Shown: piece after piece, positions 27,394 to 36,500 of the stretch
Position numbering within the stretch: the stretch's first letter is position 1
Layout of the letters: every line of letters starts with the position of its first letter
Assembly (NCBI GenBank): GCA_003696775.1
Contig: RFFS01000116.1
Location: 1 to 57,694, forward strand
Reading direction: 5' to 3'
DNA length: 57,694 nt
From: Calditrichota bacterium
GTDB lineage: Bacteria; Calditrichota; Calditrichia; Calditrichales; J004
Program-made: the position numbers and the translations under genes
Notes under the pieces: generated by a model
The model's database searches: none
Seen by the model: the letters and a program-made list of their open reading frames with translations, nothing else
What the model was told of the DNA's origin: nothing

Positions 27394-30207
27394 TTAGTCG
27401 GTCCGGGTGTGAATTTTAATCGGCACGGTGGTGCGCAGGGCGTTGAGACGCCGGTTGTCCAACCAGATGTCGCCGTACAGATAATACCCCTGGGGCGCCA
27501 GGGAGGGCATGGATTTGAACCGGACATGTATATTCTTCTCCACATCGGGGTAAAAGGTCTCGTTGTTTCCGTAAACAGAAATCGTTTTAAAATAATTAAA
27601 AGATTGCAAGAATTCCATATTCCAGGCATCGTTTGCATCATTGGTAAACGCGGGCATGACCTGCAGACGGTAAGCGCCGCTTTTTTCCGGTGTGTAGGTA
27701 ACGGACAGGGTGCGATAGGTAAAGGCCTCATTGAGCACAACACGGTCATCCGCGTCGAGAATGCGCACCACGCAATCGGTGAAGCGGGAGAAATCCCGGG
27801 CATTTATGGTAAACTCGAAGCGCACGTTTTTATATGCGTCGGTTATTTCAAAATTCTGGTTATAGGCACCATGAAAATCGTTCAGTATTGTTTTTTTCTG
27901 AATGCCTTTCAATTGCCCGTGGATACGCGCCTTATAAACCGTGTTAAAACGATTGATCACTTTGAATCGGGCCGAGGGCGCTTCCGTGTCGTTCAGGTTC
28001 AATCGGGTGATGACCCGCGGTGTGCATTGCAGGCCGCCAAAAGAGATGGTTTGGGTGTAGGTGACGGACGCGCTTTTGTAATACGGGTTATAGCTGACCA
28101 CCTCATAGATACCCTTCTTAAGCCGATCGCCGGAAACACGCAAAACACCGCGGCTGTTGTTGGCGTTGTTTAAATAAACGGTCGGTTTATACTCATGTCC
28201 TTCCGGATCGAACAAAGTAGTTTGCACGCTGCCTGTTTCCGTTTCGGGGAACAAAGCGACGCTCATGGCGCTGGCTGCCGGCGGCACCTGAATAAAGCGC
28301 CGATGTATATCACCCGCTTTAAGGGTATGTGTGGCGGAAACATGATAGGTGTTGTCACGCCCGGCAAATTCCGGAATGATGATAGTTACGGGAAAGTCGA
28401 ACATGCGCGTTTCCGGCGTGGCGCCCTTCCACCAGGCCCCGCGGGCATACGCCTCCACATGCGCGCTGTACAGGCCGGGCTTATTCAGATGCGCGGCATC
28501 GGCATACACGTGTATTTCCGCCGGCGCATCTTTTTTAATGGTAACATTGTCCTGAACCGTATGTAGCCAGTTAGCCGTGGTTTTTAACAGGAAGGCGCGG
28601 ATGATGTCCTTGCCGCGCAGGCTGTCCGACCATACCGGGTGAATATAAACCGCCTGGCTGTTGTCACGCCCCGGAAATAGTCCGGCATTGCGCCAATAGA
28701 CCGCGGCATCGGCCTGTTCATCGTTGGCGTTGTATGTGCGGATGCGGAAAGATTTAATGGAGGTCTTATCGGGCGAGGCGTTTATCTTTTTAAGCAGATC
28801 ATAAGCCGCCGGTATCTGAATCATGCCATAGCCCTGATCCGGGATGGTGTATCCACTGAGCGGTCGGGCGCTGTATTTGACGGCGCGTTTCAGGGTAGGC
28901 ATATCCGGCAGGGGGGCTTTTTCGGCCAGGGTGGCGGAAAGCAACAGGGCACAGGCGCCGCTGGCCTGAGGGGCGGCCATGCTTGTACCGGATTTGATGC
29001 CGTCATTGTCAAAAAAGGGCACGCTGGAAAGCGCCGAGCCAGGCGCGACCACATCGGGCTTGGCCGATTCGCCGCCGCGCGAACTGAATTCAAACAGTTT
29101 GTCTTTTTTTATGAACGATGCGAAGTTGTCCCGGGCGCTGCGTGCTGTATTCACGGCACCGATGCTTAAGGCTGTTTCCGCCGTGGCTGGCAACCCTACG
29201 GAAGAGATGCCCGGCCCTTCATTGCCCGCGCTGAGACAGACATAGATATTGTTGTAACTTTCCAGCAGGTCATTGATGATATACTCCATGTCCGAAGCGC
29301 CTTCAATTTCGGAACCAAGACCATAACTCATGTTCACCACGATCGGTGTGTTCGGATGGGCCTCGGCGTATTGGGCGATGAAATTATACGCCCGGCGCAT
29401 GCTGTTGTTGGTGGTGGCCGCGCCGCCGTAGCGCGCGTCGCCAATTTTCAGGGAAATGATGCGCGCGCCCGGCGCAATGCCCTCAAACCCTTCCAGTCCG
29501 CCGATGTTATGCCCCGCGGCGATGCCGGCAACATGGGTGCCGTGACTGTTGGCGTCGAAATGGAAATAGGCCTGTTGCCGATCCATATCGATTTTAAGAG
29601 CAATACCCATGGATTGGTCGGAAGCGCCGGGGCGAAATGCCAGCGGCGCCCGGCTTACGGCATAATCGTCGGTAACGGTTTCATCATGCAGATTGCCGTC
29701 GGCGTCCAGGTCCACCATGGCGCGCCAAACATAGGACGTATCCTGAAAAACCACCACGCCATAACGGTCATCGTTGCGGCCGTTGCCGTTGAAATCCGCT
29801 TTGGAGGGGCTTGCCAGACGGCGTTCGCTGAAAACGCCCATGTAAAAAACGGAATCGACACTAAGCGGCAACAGGGCGTCATAGCCATACAATCGCCATC
29901 CGTTATATTCCAGAAAGCGTTCCGCGCCTTCCTGTCCGCTTTCCGCCACTTCCAGGGGGATGGCGCCCTCGCCTGAAAAGTCATGAACATCCACAACTTT
30001 TACACAGTCCAGGGTGGTGCGGGTCAGGCCAGGCACGGTCATATCCACGCCGCTATCCAGCACAAAAAGGATCACGCCGCGTCCATCGCGCTCGGGATGA
30101 TTTTGGATAAATGCGGCCGCGCCGGTGGCTTCGCGGTCTAAAAAAGGGAAGGATGCTGCCGCGTGACTCAGGGCAACGAGCAGCGTTAAAAGGCTGTAAC
30201 GCTTCAT
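27394..30207 (-). CDS. Secreted S8 serine protease, tripeptidyl-peptidase II-like
   Basis: Signal peptide; D51 (DGRGV..[8 protein letters not shown]), H222 ([11 protein letters not shown]), N330 (SAGNEGP), S410 (GTSMAAP); TPPII-like blocks outside the catalytic core. Confidence 0.88.
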   Translation of the reverse strand: [937 protein letters not shown]

Positions 30208-30244
30208 ATTGTATCTGCTTTCTAAAATAAGAGCCGGTTGCGGG

Positions 30245-31099
30245 TTATTTACTGGTTATGGGTAACTCAGCGTTTTTGGCGCACCGAAAGCCCACAAACT
30301 CAAATCGTACCTGTGGGTTGTAAAAGGTACGATATGTGGCGCGCATATAATTACCGCTGCGGTTCCAGGAGGCGCCGCGTAACACGCGGTAAAATCCTTT
30401 TTCAGGACCGGTGGGATTGCGTTGTTCCCCTGTGGGGTAAGTTTCCTGAAACCAGTCGGCCACCCATTCGATGACATTGCCGTTCATATCATACAGGCCG
30501 AAGCGATTGGGCGGATAATGCGCCACGGGCGCTGTGTAAACGAATCCGTCGTCGTAGCCATCCACCACGGGATAATGAAATTTAACCCGACGCATGGATT
30601 CGTCGGCGATGTTTTCATAGTTCTTGCCGTAGCCCTGACTGCCTTCATAAACAAAATCGTAATTTAAGGAACCGCCCCGTGCGGCGTATTCCCATTCCGC
30701 TTCCGTCGGCAGCCGTTTGCCCATCCAATGGGCATAGGCGTTAGCTTCTTTCCAGGTCACGTTAACAACGGGATGATGGCTTTTATTCCAGGGGGGTTGC
30801 TTGGGCATTTTGCGGTGTGTGGCCTGGACAAATTCCCGGAATTGCGCCACGGTAACTTCGGTTTCATCGAGATAAAAATCATCCACATAAACGCGGTGGA
30901 CGGGTTTGGAATATGATCCGTTTTCGGAACCCATGTTAAACCATCCGCCGGGCACGATCACCATGCCCGCAACCTGGGGGTAAAGCTCCGCCCGGGATTT
31001 GGGTTTTTGTGCTTCAGCAGGCTTTTCTTCGCTTAATTGAAAGAAAGAACAGGCGTTTAATAATAATATGAGCAGGATGATGCTAATAACTGTTTTCAT
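30245..31099 (-). CDS. FGE-sulfatase (SUMF1/PvdO)-fold lipoprotein lacking the catalytic cysteines
   Basis: Lipobox LLNAC; GG.F.MG, EVT..QF..F, RLPTEAEWEYAARGG, N.FGLYDM.GNV.EW, RGASW, GFRC. Confidence 0.9.
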   Translation of the reverse strand: MKTVISIILLILLLNACSFFQLSEEKPAEAQKPKSRAELYPQVAGMVIVPGGWFNMGSENGSYSKPVHRVYVDDFYLDETEVTVAQFREFVQATHRKMPKQPPWNKSHHPVVNVTWKEANAYAHWMGKRLPTEAEWEYAARGGSLNYDFVYEGSQGYGKNYENIADESMRRVKFHYPVVDGYDDGFVYTAPVAHYPPNRFGLYDMNGNVIEWVADWFQETYPTGEQRNPTGPEKGFYRVLRGASWNRSGNYMRATYRTFYNPQVRFEFVGFRCAKNAELPITSK

Positions 31100-31204
31100 A
31101 CACCTTCAAAACGGGTTTGGGTTGAAATTAAAGTGGTTATCGGTGCGAATGGCGCGATCTTAATTTATGAAACTGAAAGGAAGCGTTTTCGGCCCGAATT
31201 TGCT

Positions 31205-32665
31205 TTAAGGGTTCGATGGCGTTAAATCAAAATGGAAGGTGTAGCTTTCCGCGGGACGGAAAAATCGATTCTCGTTTATCCGGTCCGTGCCGTTCAGACG
31301 TATGCGCAATTGATGCCAACCCGGTGTTAATTGCAGGGGAACGGAACTGTTTTCGATACGATGTCCGTCCACAAACAGGCGCGCGTTAGCAGGTTCCAGT
31401 TCAAAACGTACCAAGCTGCTTTGCACATTGCCCGGGAAACGCACATCAACAGCCGTGGTATCGCCTGCGGGCAGATAAAAACGACTGATATAGGTGGCGT
31501 TGCTCAGCACGTCGCGGGTGACAAGTTCATGAAATCCTTTTAGGTACGGTCCGCTGACAAACACATCGCGGTCGGTGTTCAGAGGGGTGCCGTCCATTTC
31601 GGCTTCCACGGCTTTACCGTGGTTGCGCAGTAGTACATAGCCCATTTGTGTGGTGTGGAAACGCTGTATGGTTGTAAAGGAGAGGGCCAGGAAGGCGGCG
31701 GCCAGCAGAAAGCGCCATGTTTTCCAGCCGCGGGCCGAGGCTTTTTCGGCCATTTGCATTTTAAGGGTTTCGTCCGTGGTTTGTCCCGCCTCGTTCCCGG
31801 CGGTTTCCAGAAAGCGCGACAGGATGATCTTTTTACGGCTGCGCACCTGCCAGGGTAATGTTTTTTCCAGTTCGTGTATCATGGCCGAGGCGGTTTTAAA
31901 ACGCCGCCGTCGGTCGCGGTGCAGCGCCTTGCGGATGATGTGTTGCACCTTGCGGGGAATTTCCGGGTTGAGGACCGGCGCGGCGGTATAGCGCCCTTTA
32001 ATGATTTTTGCCAGAATTTCCGTGTTGTTGGAACCGTAAAAGGGCTTGATGCCGGTCAGCATTTCGTACAGCAGGATACCCAGCGCGTAGATATCACTTT
32101 GCGGATTCAGGGGATCGCCGTGGGCCTGTTCCGGGGACATATACGCCGGGGTTCCGACGATCAGTCCGGTCATGGTCAGCTTGGAATCGCCGTCATCCTT
32201 GGCCACGCCAAAGTCGATCAACTTCACCTTGCCATCGCGTGAAATGAGCACATTGCCGGGTTTGATATCACGGTGAATGATATTCTGATTATGGGTGTAT
32301 TCGAGGCCGCGGGCGATTTCCAGGGCGATGAGGACGGCGATGGTTACGGGAAACGGCGCCCGCCGGTCCAGCAGACTGCGCAGGTCTTCGCCGTCCACAT
32401 ATTCCATCACCAGGTAATAACTGCGTCCGTGATAGATAAAATCGTAAATGCTGAGTACGTTTTCCTGGCTGAAACCGGCGCTGAGCAGGGCCTCTTTTTT
32501 AAAACGGGCCACAATTTCCCGATTGGGGTCTTTCAGTTTTTTGATTACCACGGGTCGGCGCAGGGCCGCCTGTTGCGCTTTGTAAATTTCGGCCATACCG
32601 CCTTCACCAATTTTTTCGATGATCCGGTATCCGCCGATGGTTTGTTGTAAGTCGCTTTTGGCCAT
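31205..32665 (-). CDS. Membrane-anchored Hanks-type Ser/Thr kinase with PEGA-like extracytoplasmic region
   Basis: IGEGGM, VVIK, HRDIKPGN, DFG, GT..YMSPEQ, DIYALG; one TM segment; P.NA.LFVDG...L.PG.H.L.I tail. Confidence 0.92.
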   Translation of the reverse strand: MAKSDLQQTIGGYRIIEKIGEGGMAEIYKAQQAALRRPVVIKKLKDPNREIVARFKKEALLSAGFSQENVLSIYDFIYHGRSYYLVMEYVDGEDLRSLLDRRAPFPVTIAVLIALEIARGLEYTHNQNIIHRDIKPGNVLISRDGKVKLIDFGVAKDDGDSKLTMTGLIVGTPAYMSPEQAHGDPLNPQSDIYALGILLYEMLTGIKPFYGSNNTEILAKIIKGRYTAAPVLNPEIPRKVQHIIRKALHRDRRRRFKTASAMIHELEKTLPWQVRSRKKIILSRFLETAGNEAGQTTDETLKMQMAEKASARGWKTWRFLLAAAFLALSFTTIQRFHTTQMGYVLLRNHGKAVEAEMDGTPLNTDRDVFVSGPYLKGFHELVTRDVLSNATYISRFYLPAGDTTAVDVRFPGNVQSSLVRFELEPANARLFVDGHRIENSSVPLQLTPGWHQLRIRLNGTDRINENRFFRPAESYTFHFDLTPSNP

Positions 32666-32686
32666 GGCAATCGTCCTTAATGCGGG

Positions 32687-33142
32687 TTACAGGGCGTTAT
32701 CGTACTGTTCCAGCGCGGCGGAAATGGCGGCAGCATCGGGCGCCCTGAGCAGCTCCTCACGGAATGCCTTGTTGTTAAGCAGGCGTGAAACGCGGCTGAG
32801 TAGTTTGATATGTTGGGCCGGGTTGTTTTCCGGGCCAATCAACAGCACAATGATGTGCACCGGTTTCTGATCCACCGCGTTAAAATCCAAACCGTCGGGA
32901 TGGATGCCCAGCGCCAGGGAAAAATCCGTGCAAGCCTCATTTTTGCAATGGGGAATGGCCACGCCGTTTCCCACGCCGGTTGTCATGATCTTTTCACGGG
33001 CTAAAACCGCCTGATACGCTTTCTCCGCGTCCTTCAGTTCAGGAGACAGGAGCGTAATCAATTCACGGATGGCCTCATCCCGGGTCGCGGAGGTGAGCGG
33101 AACACGTATATGTTCCGGTGTTAAATATTCGCTTAAACTCAT
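32687..33142 (-). CDS. Stand-alone PTS EIIA (Fru/Ntr family)
   Basis: RE..MTTGVG.GVAIPH (phospho-His), F.A.D.KPV, H..LL. Confidence 0.92.
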   Translation of the reverse strand: MSLSEYLTPEHIRVPLTSATRDEAIRELITLLSPELKDAEKAYQAVLAREKIMTTGVGNGVAIPHCKNEACTDFSLALGIHPDGLDFNAVDQKPVHIIVLLIGPENNPAQHIKLLSRVSRLLNNKAFREELLRAPDAAAISAALEQYDNAL

Positions 33143-33219
33143 ACCTGCTCCTGTAAAATGTCTTACTCTAACCGGGCCGTCCCGGTATCAAAGTGTTTGT
33201 CCCGCCCTGGCTGCCTGTT

Positions 33220-36200
33220 TTATTCAAACAGGTCGAGGATATCTTCCTTGGAAAGGGATTTGAAAAATGTTTCCTCGGTTGAAATCAGTTGCCGCACCAG
33301 GTCTTTTTTGCTTTGTTGCAGTCGAACGATTTTCTCTTCCACACTATCCTTGGAAATCAGTTTGTAAGCAAACACCTTGCGCGTCTGCCCGATGCGGTAG
33401 GCACGGTCGGTGGCCTGCATTTCCACCGCCGGGTTCCACCACGGGTCAAAATGGATGACATAATCGGCGGCGGTCAGGTTCAAACCGGTACCCCCGGCCT
33501 TTAAGCTGATCAGAAAGGTGCGTATATCCGGGTCTTCCTGAAATTGGGTGACCGGCTTCTCGCGGTCTTTGGTGGAACCGTCAAGATAGGAATAGAGGAT
33601 GCCGCGTTTGTCAAAGGCTTTCCTGATCAGTTGCAGCATTTGTACAAACTGACTAAAAATAAGCACTTTATGATTTTCAGAAATGATTTCTTCTACCATT
33701 TCCAGCATGGCGTCAAATTTACCGGATTCATCATCGGGATTCTTGGTGACCAGGCCGGGATGACAGGCGATTTGCCGTAATTTGGTCAGGCCTTCCAATA
33801 CTTTGAACTTGGATTTGCCCAGGCCGTTGGATTCGATTTCATCCAGGATGCTATCGCGGTAACTTTGGCGCCATTTGTCATACAAGGCCTGCTGGCTGTC
33901 GGTCATGGGCGAGTAGGTAATGCTTTCCACTTTGGGAGGCAGCTCCGTGGCCACATCTTCCTTGGTGCGCCGTAAAATAAACGGAAAAATCAGGCGGCGT
34001 AGGGTTTGGGCTACCTGAACATTTTGTTCCTTTTCGATGGGCCGCATAAAAGTGTCTTTAAAGAAGTTCTGATCGCCCAGTAAACCCGGGTTGACAAACG
34101 CGAATTGCGCCCAAAGGTCCATGGTGTTGTTTTCCACGGGCGTTCCCGTAAGCGCCAGTTTGTTGGAGGCTTCCAGCAGACGTACTGCTTTGGATGTTTC
34201 AGACATGGGGTTTTTAATGTTTTGCGATTCATCGAGAATGATGAAATTAAAGGTCAGCTCTTTCAGGAAATTGACGTCGCGGCGTAAATGGCCGTAGGTG
34301 GTCAAGATGAGCTGATATTTTTTTATACGGCGGATATCCTTGGTGCGCCGCGTGCCGTAATGCACCAGATAGCGCAGGCCGGGTGTGAATTTTTCGATCT
34401 CGCGCACCCAGTTAAAGATGACTGAAGTGGGCGCGACGATCATGCTGGTGGACTTGGGATTTTTGTTGGTTATTTCCCGAATCAGGGCCAGCGCCTGAAT
34501 GGTTTTGCCCAACCCCATGTCATCCGCCAGAATACCGCCGAAAGAAAAATCCCTCAAAAACAGCAACCAATCGTAGCCCGCCTTTTGATAATCACGAAGT
34601 TCCCCTTCAAAATTTTCGGGCGGCGGATAGCTTTTGATTTTTGTGAAGGTGTCGAGCTTTTGCAATTTCTCTTCGGTCAGGGCGTCCATTTTTCTCTGAT
34701 CCGCCTCGGCAAGCAACTTGTCCACAAAGCTCATGTGGTGATTGGCAAAACGGATGGTATTATCTCCGGTACGACCGAAGTTGATGATATAATTGAATTT
34801 CTCGATCAGTTTTTCCGGCAGACGGGCGATGGTGCCGTCACGCAGGCGCACATATTTTTTGCGGGCGCGCAGGGCGCGTTTCAGCTCTTCCAGGCTTACC
34901 GGCTCGCCGTCAAATTCCAGGTTCAGTTCCACGTCAAACCAGTCGGTCTCCGAGGATATGTTTACGCCAAAGTGTGCCGGGGCGCGCTTCACCCGGAAAT
35001 GGACCAGGCTTTCCTCGCCCATGATTTCGAATCCGGCTTCGGCCAGGGCGGGCAGGCCTTCAAACAGCCAGTCGAGAGAGTCCTCGAAGGTGGCGTAAAA
35101 CAGACCCGGCGTATCTTCGCTTATGCCGCTGTCCAGCACCTGCTCACGTATAGCCTGTTCGCGATCCAGATCCCTGTGCACCCGGATAATCTGCTGCTGC
35201 TCATTATCGTAGGACAGATATTGGTCATTGCTCTGGCTGAAGGCGATTTCGATCTCATCGTATAAAAAAGCCAGGGAGACCACCAATTGATCTTCCATCT
35301 CTTCGATGTACAGCCGGCTTTTGCTGATGTCGCGGATTTCACGAATCTCTATACCTTCCGGAAAGTCCACATAGGGGAAAATCGGCAGCTTGGCCAGATA
35401 ATCGGATATGAATTCATGGTATTCATCCTTTGTCAGGGCCACGCTTAAATCTTCATCGATGAACGATTTAATGTAGCTGTAACGCAGTGGGAAATTGCTG
35501 GAATGCAATTTCCCGTCTTTATAAAACCAGATGGGGTTGACCGTCAGGATTTTGGTGTCTTTGTCGATAACGATTTCTTCGTCATCACGTTTGAAATAGG
35601 GGCGGAAGCGGTACACATCATCTTCCTGGATAAGCCGAAAACGCATTTTCCAGGGTTTACGTCCAAAGCGGATGCGCGTGCCGATGGTTCCGTCGTCTTT
35701 TTTGATATGCAACTCACTGGTGCGCAGCAAATTGAAAATTTGTCCGGCATCCAGGCCAAATTTGAGGTAACTCGTTTCGAGTCGCCCGCGGTGATACACC
35801 GATGATTGCTGGCTCTGCAGCCGTTCCAGATAGGAAACGGCAATCAGGTCGCCCGAGGTGCGGAAAACGTTTTGCTGGGATAATTCATTGTAGGAAGGTT
35901 CCTGTACCCGGCCATAGGTTCCGTCCTTTTTCATATAAACCTTGACCGGTTTGATATTCCAGTAATTTTCCGTTATGTGTATGATGTACAACAGTTTCCA
36001 ACGCACCTCGGATGAGAATTCATCATCCACCTGCTGAATGGCGATCAGTTTTTCAAAATATTCCCGCCAGTCGGTTTCTTCTTCTTTTTTCTTTTCTTCC
36101 CGGGCGCTTTGGCCGTCAATCACTTTCAGGGCAACCGCCACGGCGTGTTTACATACGTATTTATACGGGCATGTGCAGCTCGATGTAAACGATTGGCCAT

Positions 36201-36378
36201 CCACCGTTAATTTGGTTTTATACGGATAGGTGCCCATCACCGTGGCGTGCACGGAAAGTTTGTCTTGTTTGTCAATGGTGACACGTCCGTCTTTGAAATA
36301 GTCCAGTCCCTGACGAAAAATAATATCCGGTACCTTGTCCTTAAGATCCTTGATGTCAATTTTCAATGTGTGCTCCAA
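33220..36378 (-). CDS. SWIM zinc-finger SNF2-family ATPase/helicase
   Basis: CTC...CKH SWIM finger; LRDYQ, ADDMGLGKT, DESQ, LTGTP.EN, GG.GLNL, QATDRAYRIGQ; TTG start. Confidence 0.93.
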   Translation of the reverse strand: MEHTLKIDIKDLKDKVPDIIFRQGLDYFKDGRVTIDKQDKLSVHATVMGTYPYKTKLTVDGQSFTSSCTCPYKYVCKHAVAVALKVIDGQSAREEKKKEEETDWREYFEKLIAIQQVDDEFSSEVRWKLLYIIHITENYWNIKPVKVYMKKDGTYGRVQEPSYNELSQQNVFRTSGDLIAVSYLERLQSQQSSVYHRGRLETSYLKFGLDAGQIFNLLRTSELHIKKDDGTIGTRIRFGRKPWKMRFRLIQEDDVYRFRPYFKRDDEEIVIDKDTKILTVNPIWFYKDGKLHSSNFPLRYSYIKSFIDEDLSVALTKDEYHEFISDYLAKLPIFPYVDFPEGIEIREIRDISKSRLYIEEMEDQLVVSLAFLYDEIEIAFSQSNDQYLSYDNEQQQIIRVHRDLDREQAIREQVLDSGISEDTPGLFYATFEDSLDWLFEGLPALAEAGFEIMGEESLVHFRVKRAPAHFGVNISSETDWFDVELNLEFDGEPVSLEELKRALRARKKYVRLRDGTIARLPEKLIEKFNYIINFGRTGDNTIRFANHHMSFVDKLLAEADQRKMDALTEEKLQKLDTFTKIKSYPPPENFEGELRDYQKAGYDWLLFLRDFSFGGILADDMGLGKTIQALALIREITNKNPKSTSMIVAPTSVIFNWVREIEKFTPGLRYLVHYGTRRTKDIRRIKKYQLILTTYGHLRRDVNFLKELTFNFIILDESQNIKNPMSETSKAVRLLEASNKLALTGTPVENNTMDLWAQFAFVNPGLLGDQNFFKDTFMRPIEKEQNVQVAQTLRRLIFPFILRRTKEDVATELPPKVESITYSPMTDSQQALYDKWRQSYRDSILDEIESNGLGKSKFKVLEGLTKLRQIACHPGLVTKNPDDESGKFDAMLEMVEEIISENHKVLIFSQFVQMLQLIRKAFDKRGILYSYLDGSTKDREKPVTQFQEDPDIRTFLISLKAGGTGLNLTAADYVIHFDPWWNPAVEMQATDRAYRIGQTRKVFAYKLISKDSVEEKIVRLQQSKKDLVRQLISTEETFFKSLSKEDILDLFE

Positions 36379-36500
36379 ATACGACTAATGAACATATAAT
36401 ATAAGACATTACTTTTTTCATCACCAAATCAAAATTCCATTTGTACCACATAAGATTTAAAGGCAAATTAACGGCCTGTTTTTTATCAATCGGCAGAAAA

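Noticed and set aside
30245-31099. Calling the FGE-fold gene a sulfatase-maturation enzyme or gldK/porK
   Set aside because: The catalytic cysteines are absent, there are no GldL/M/N-like neighbours, and the protein is short.
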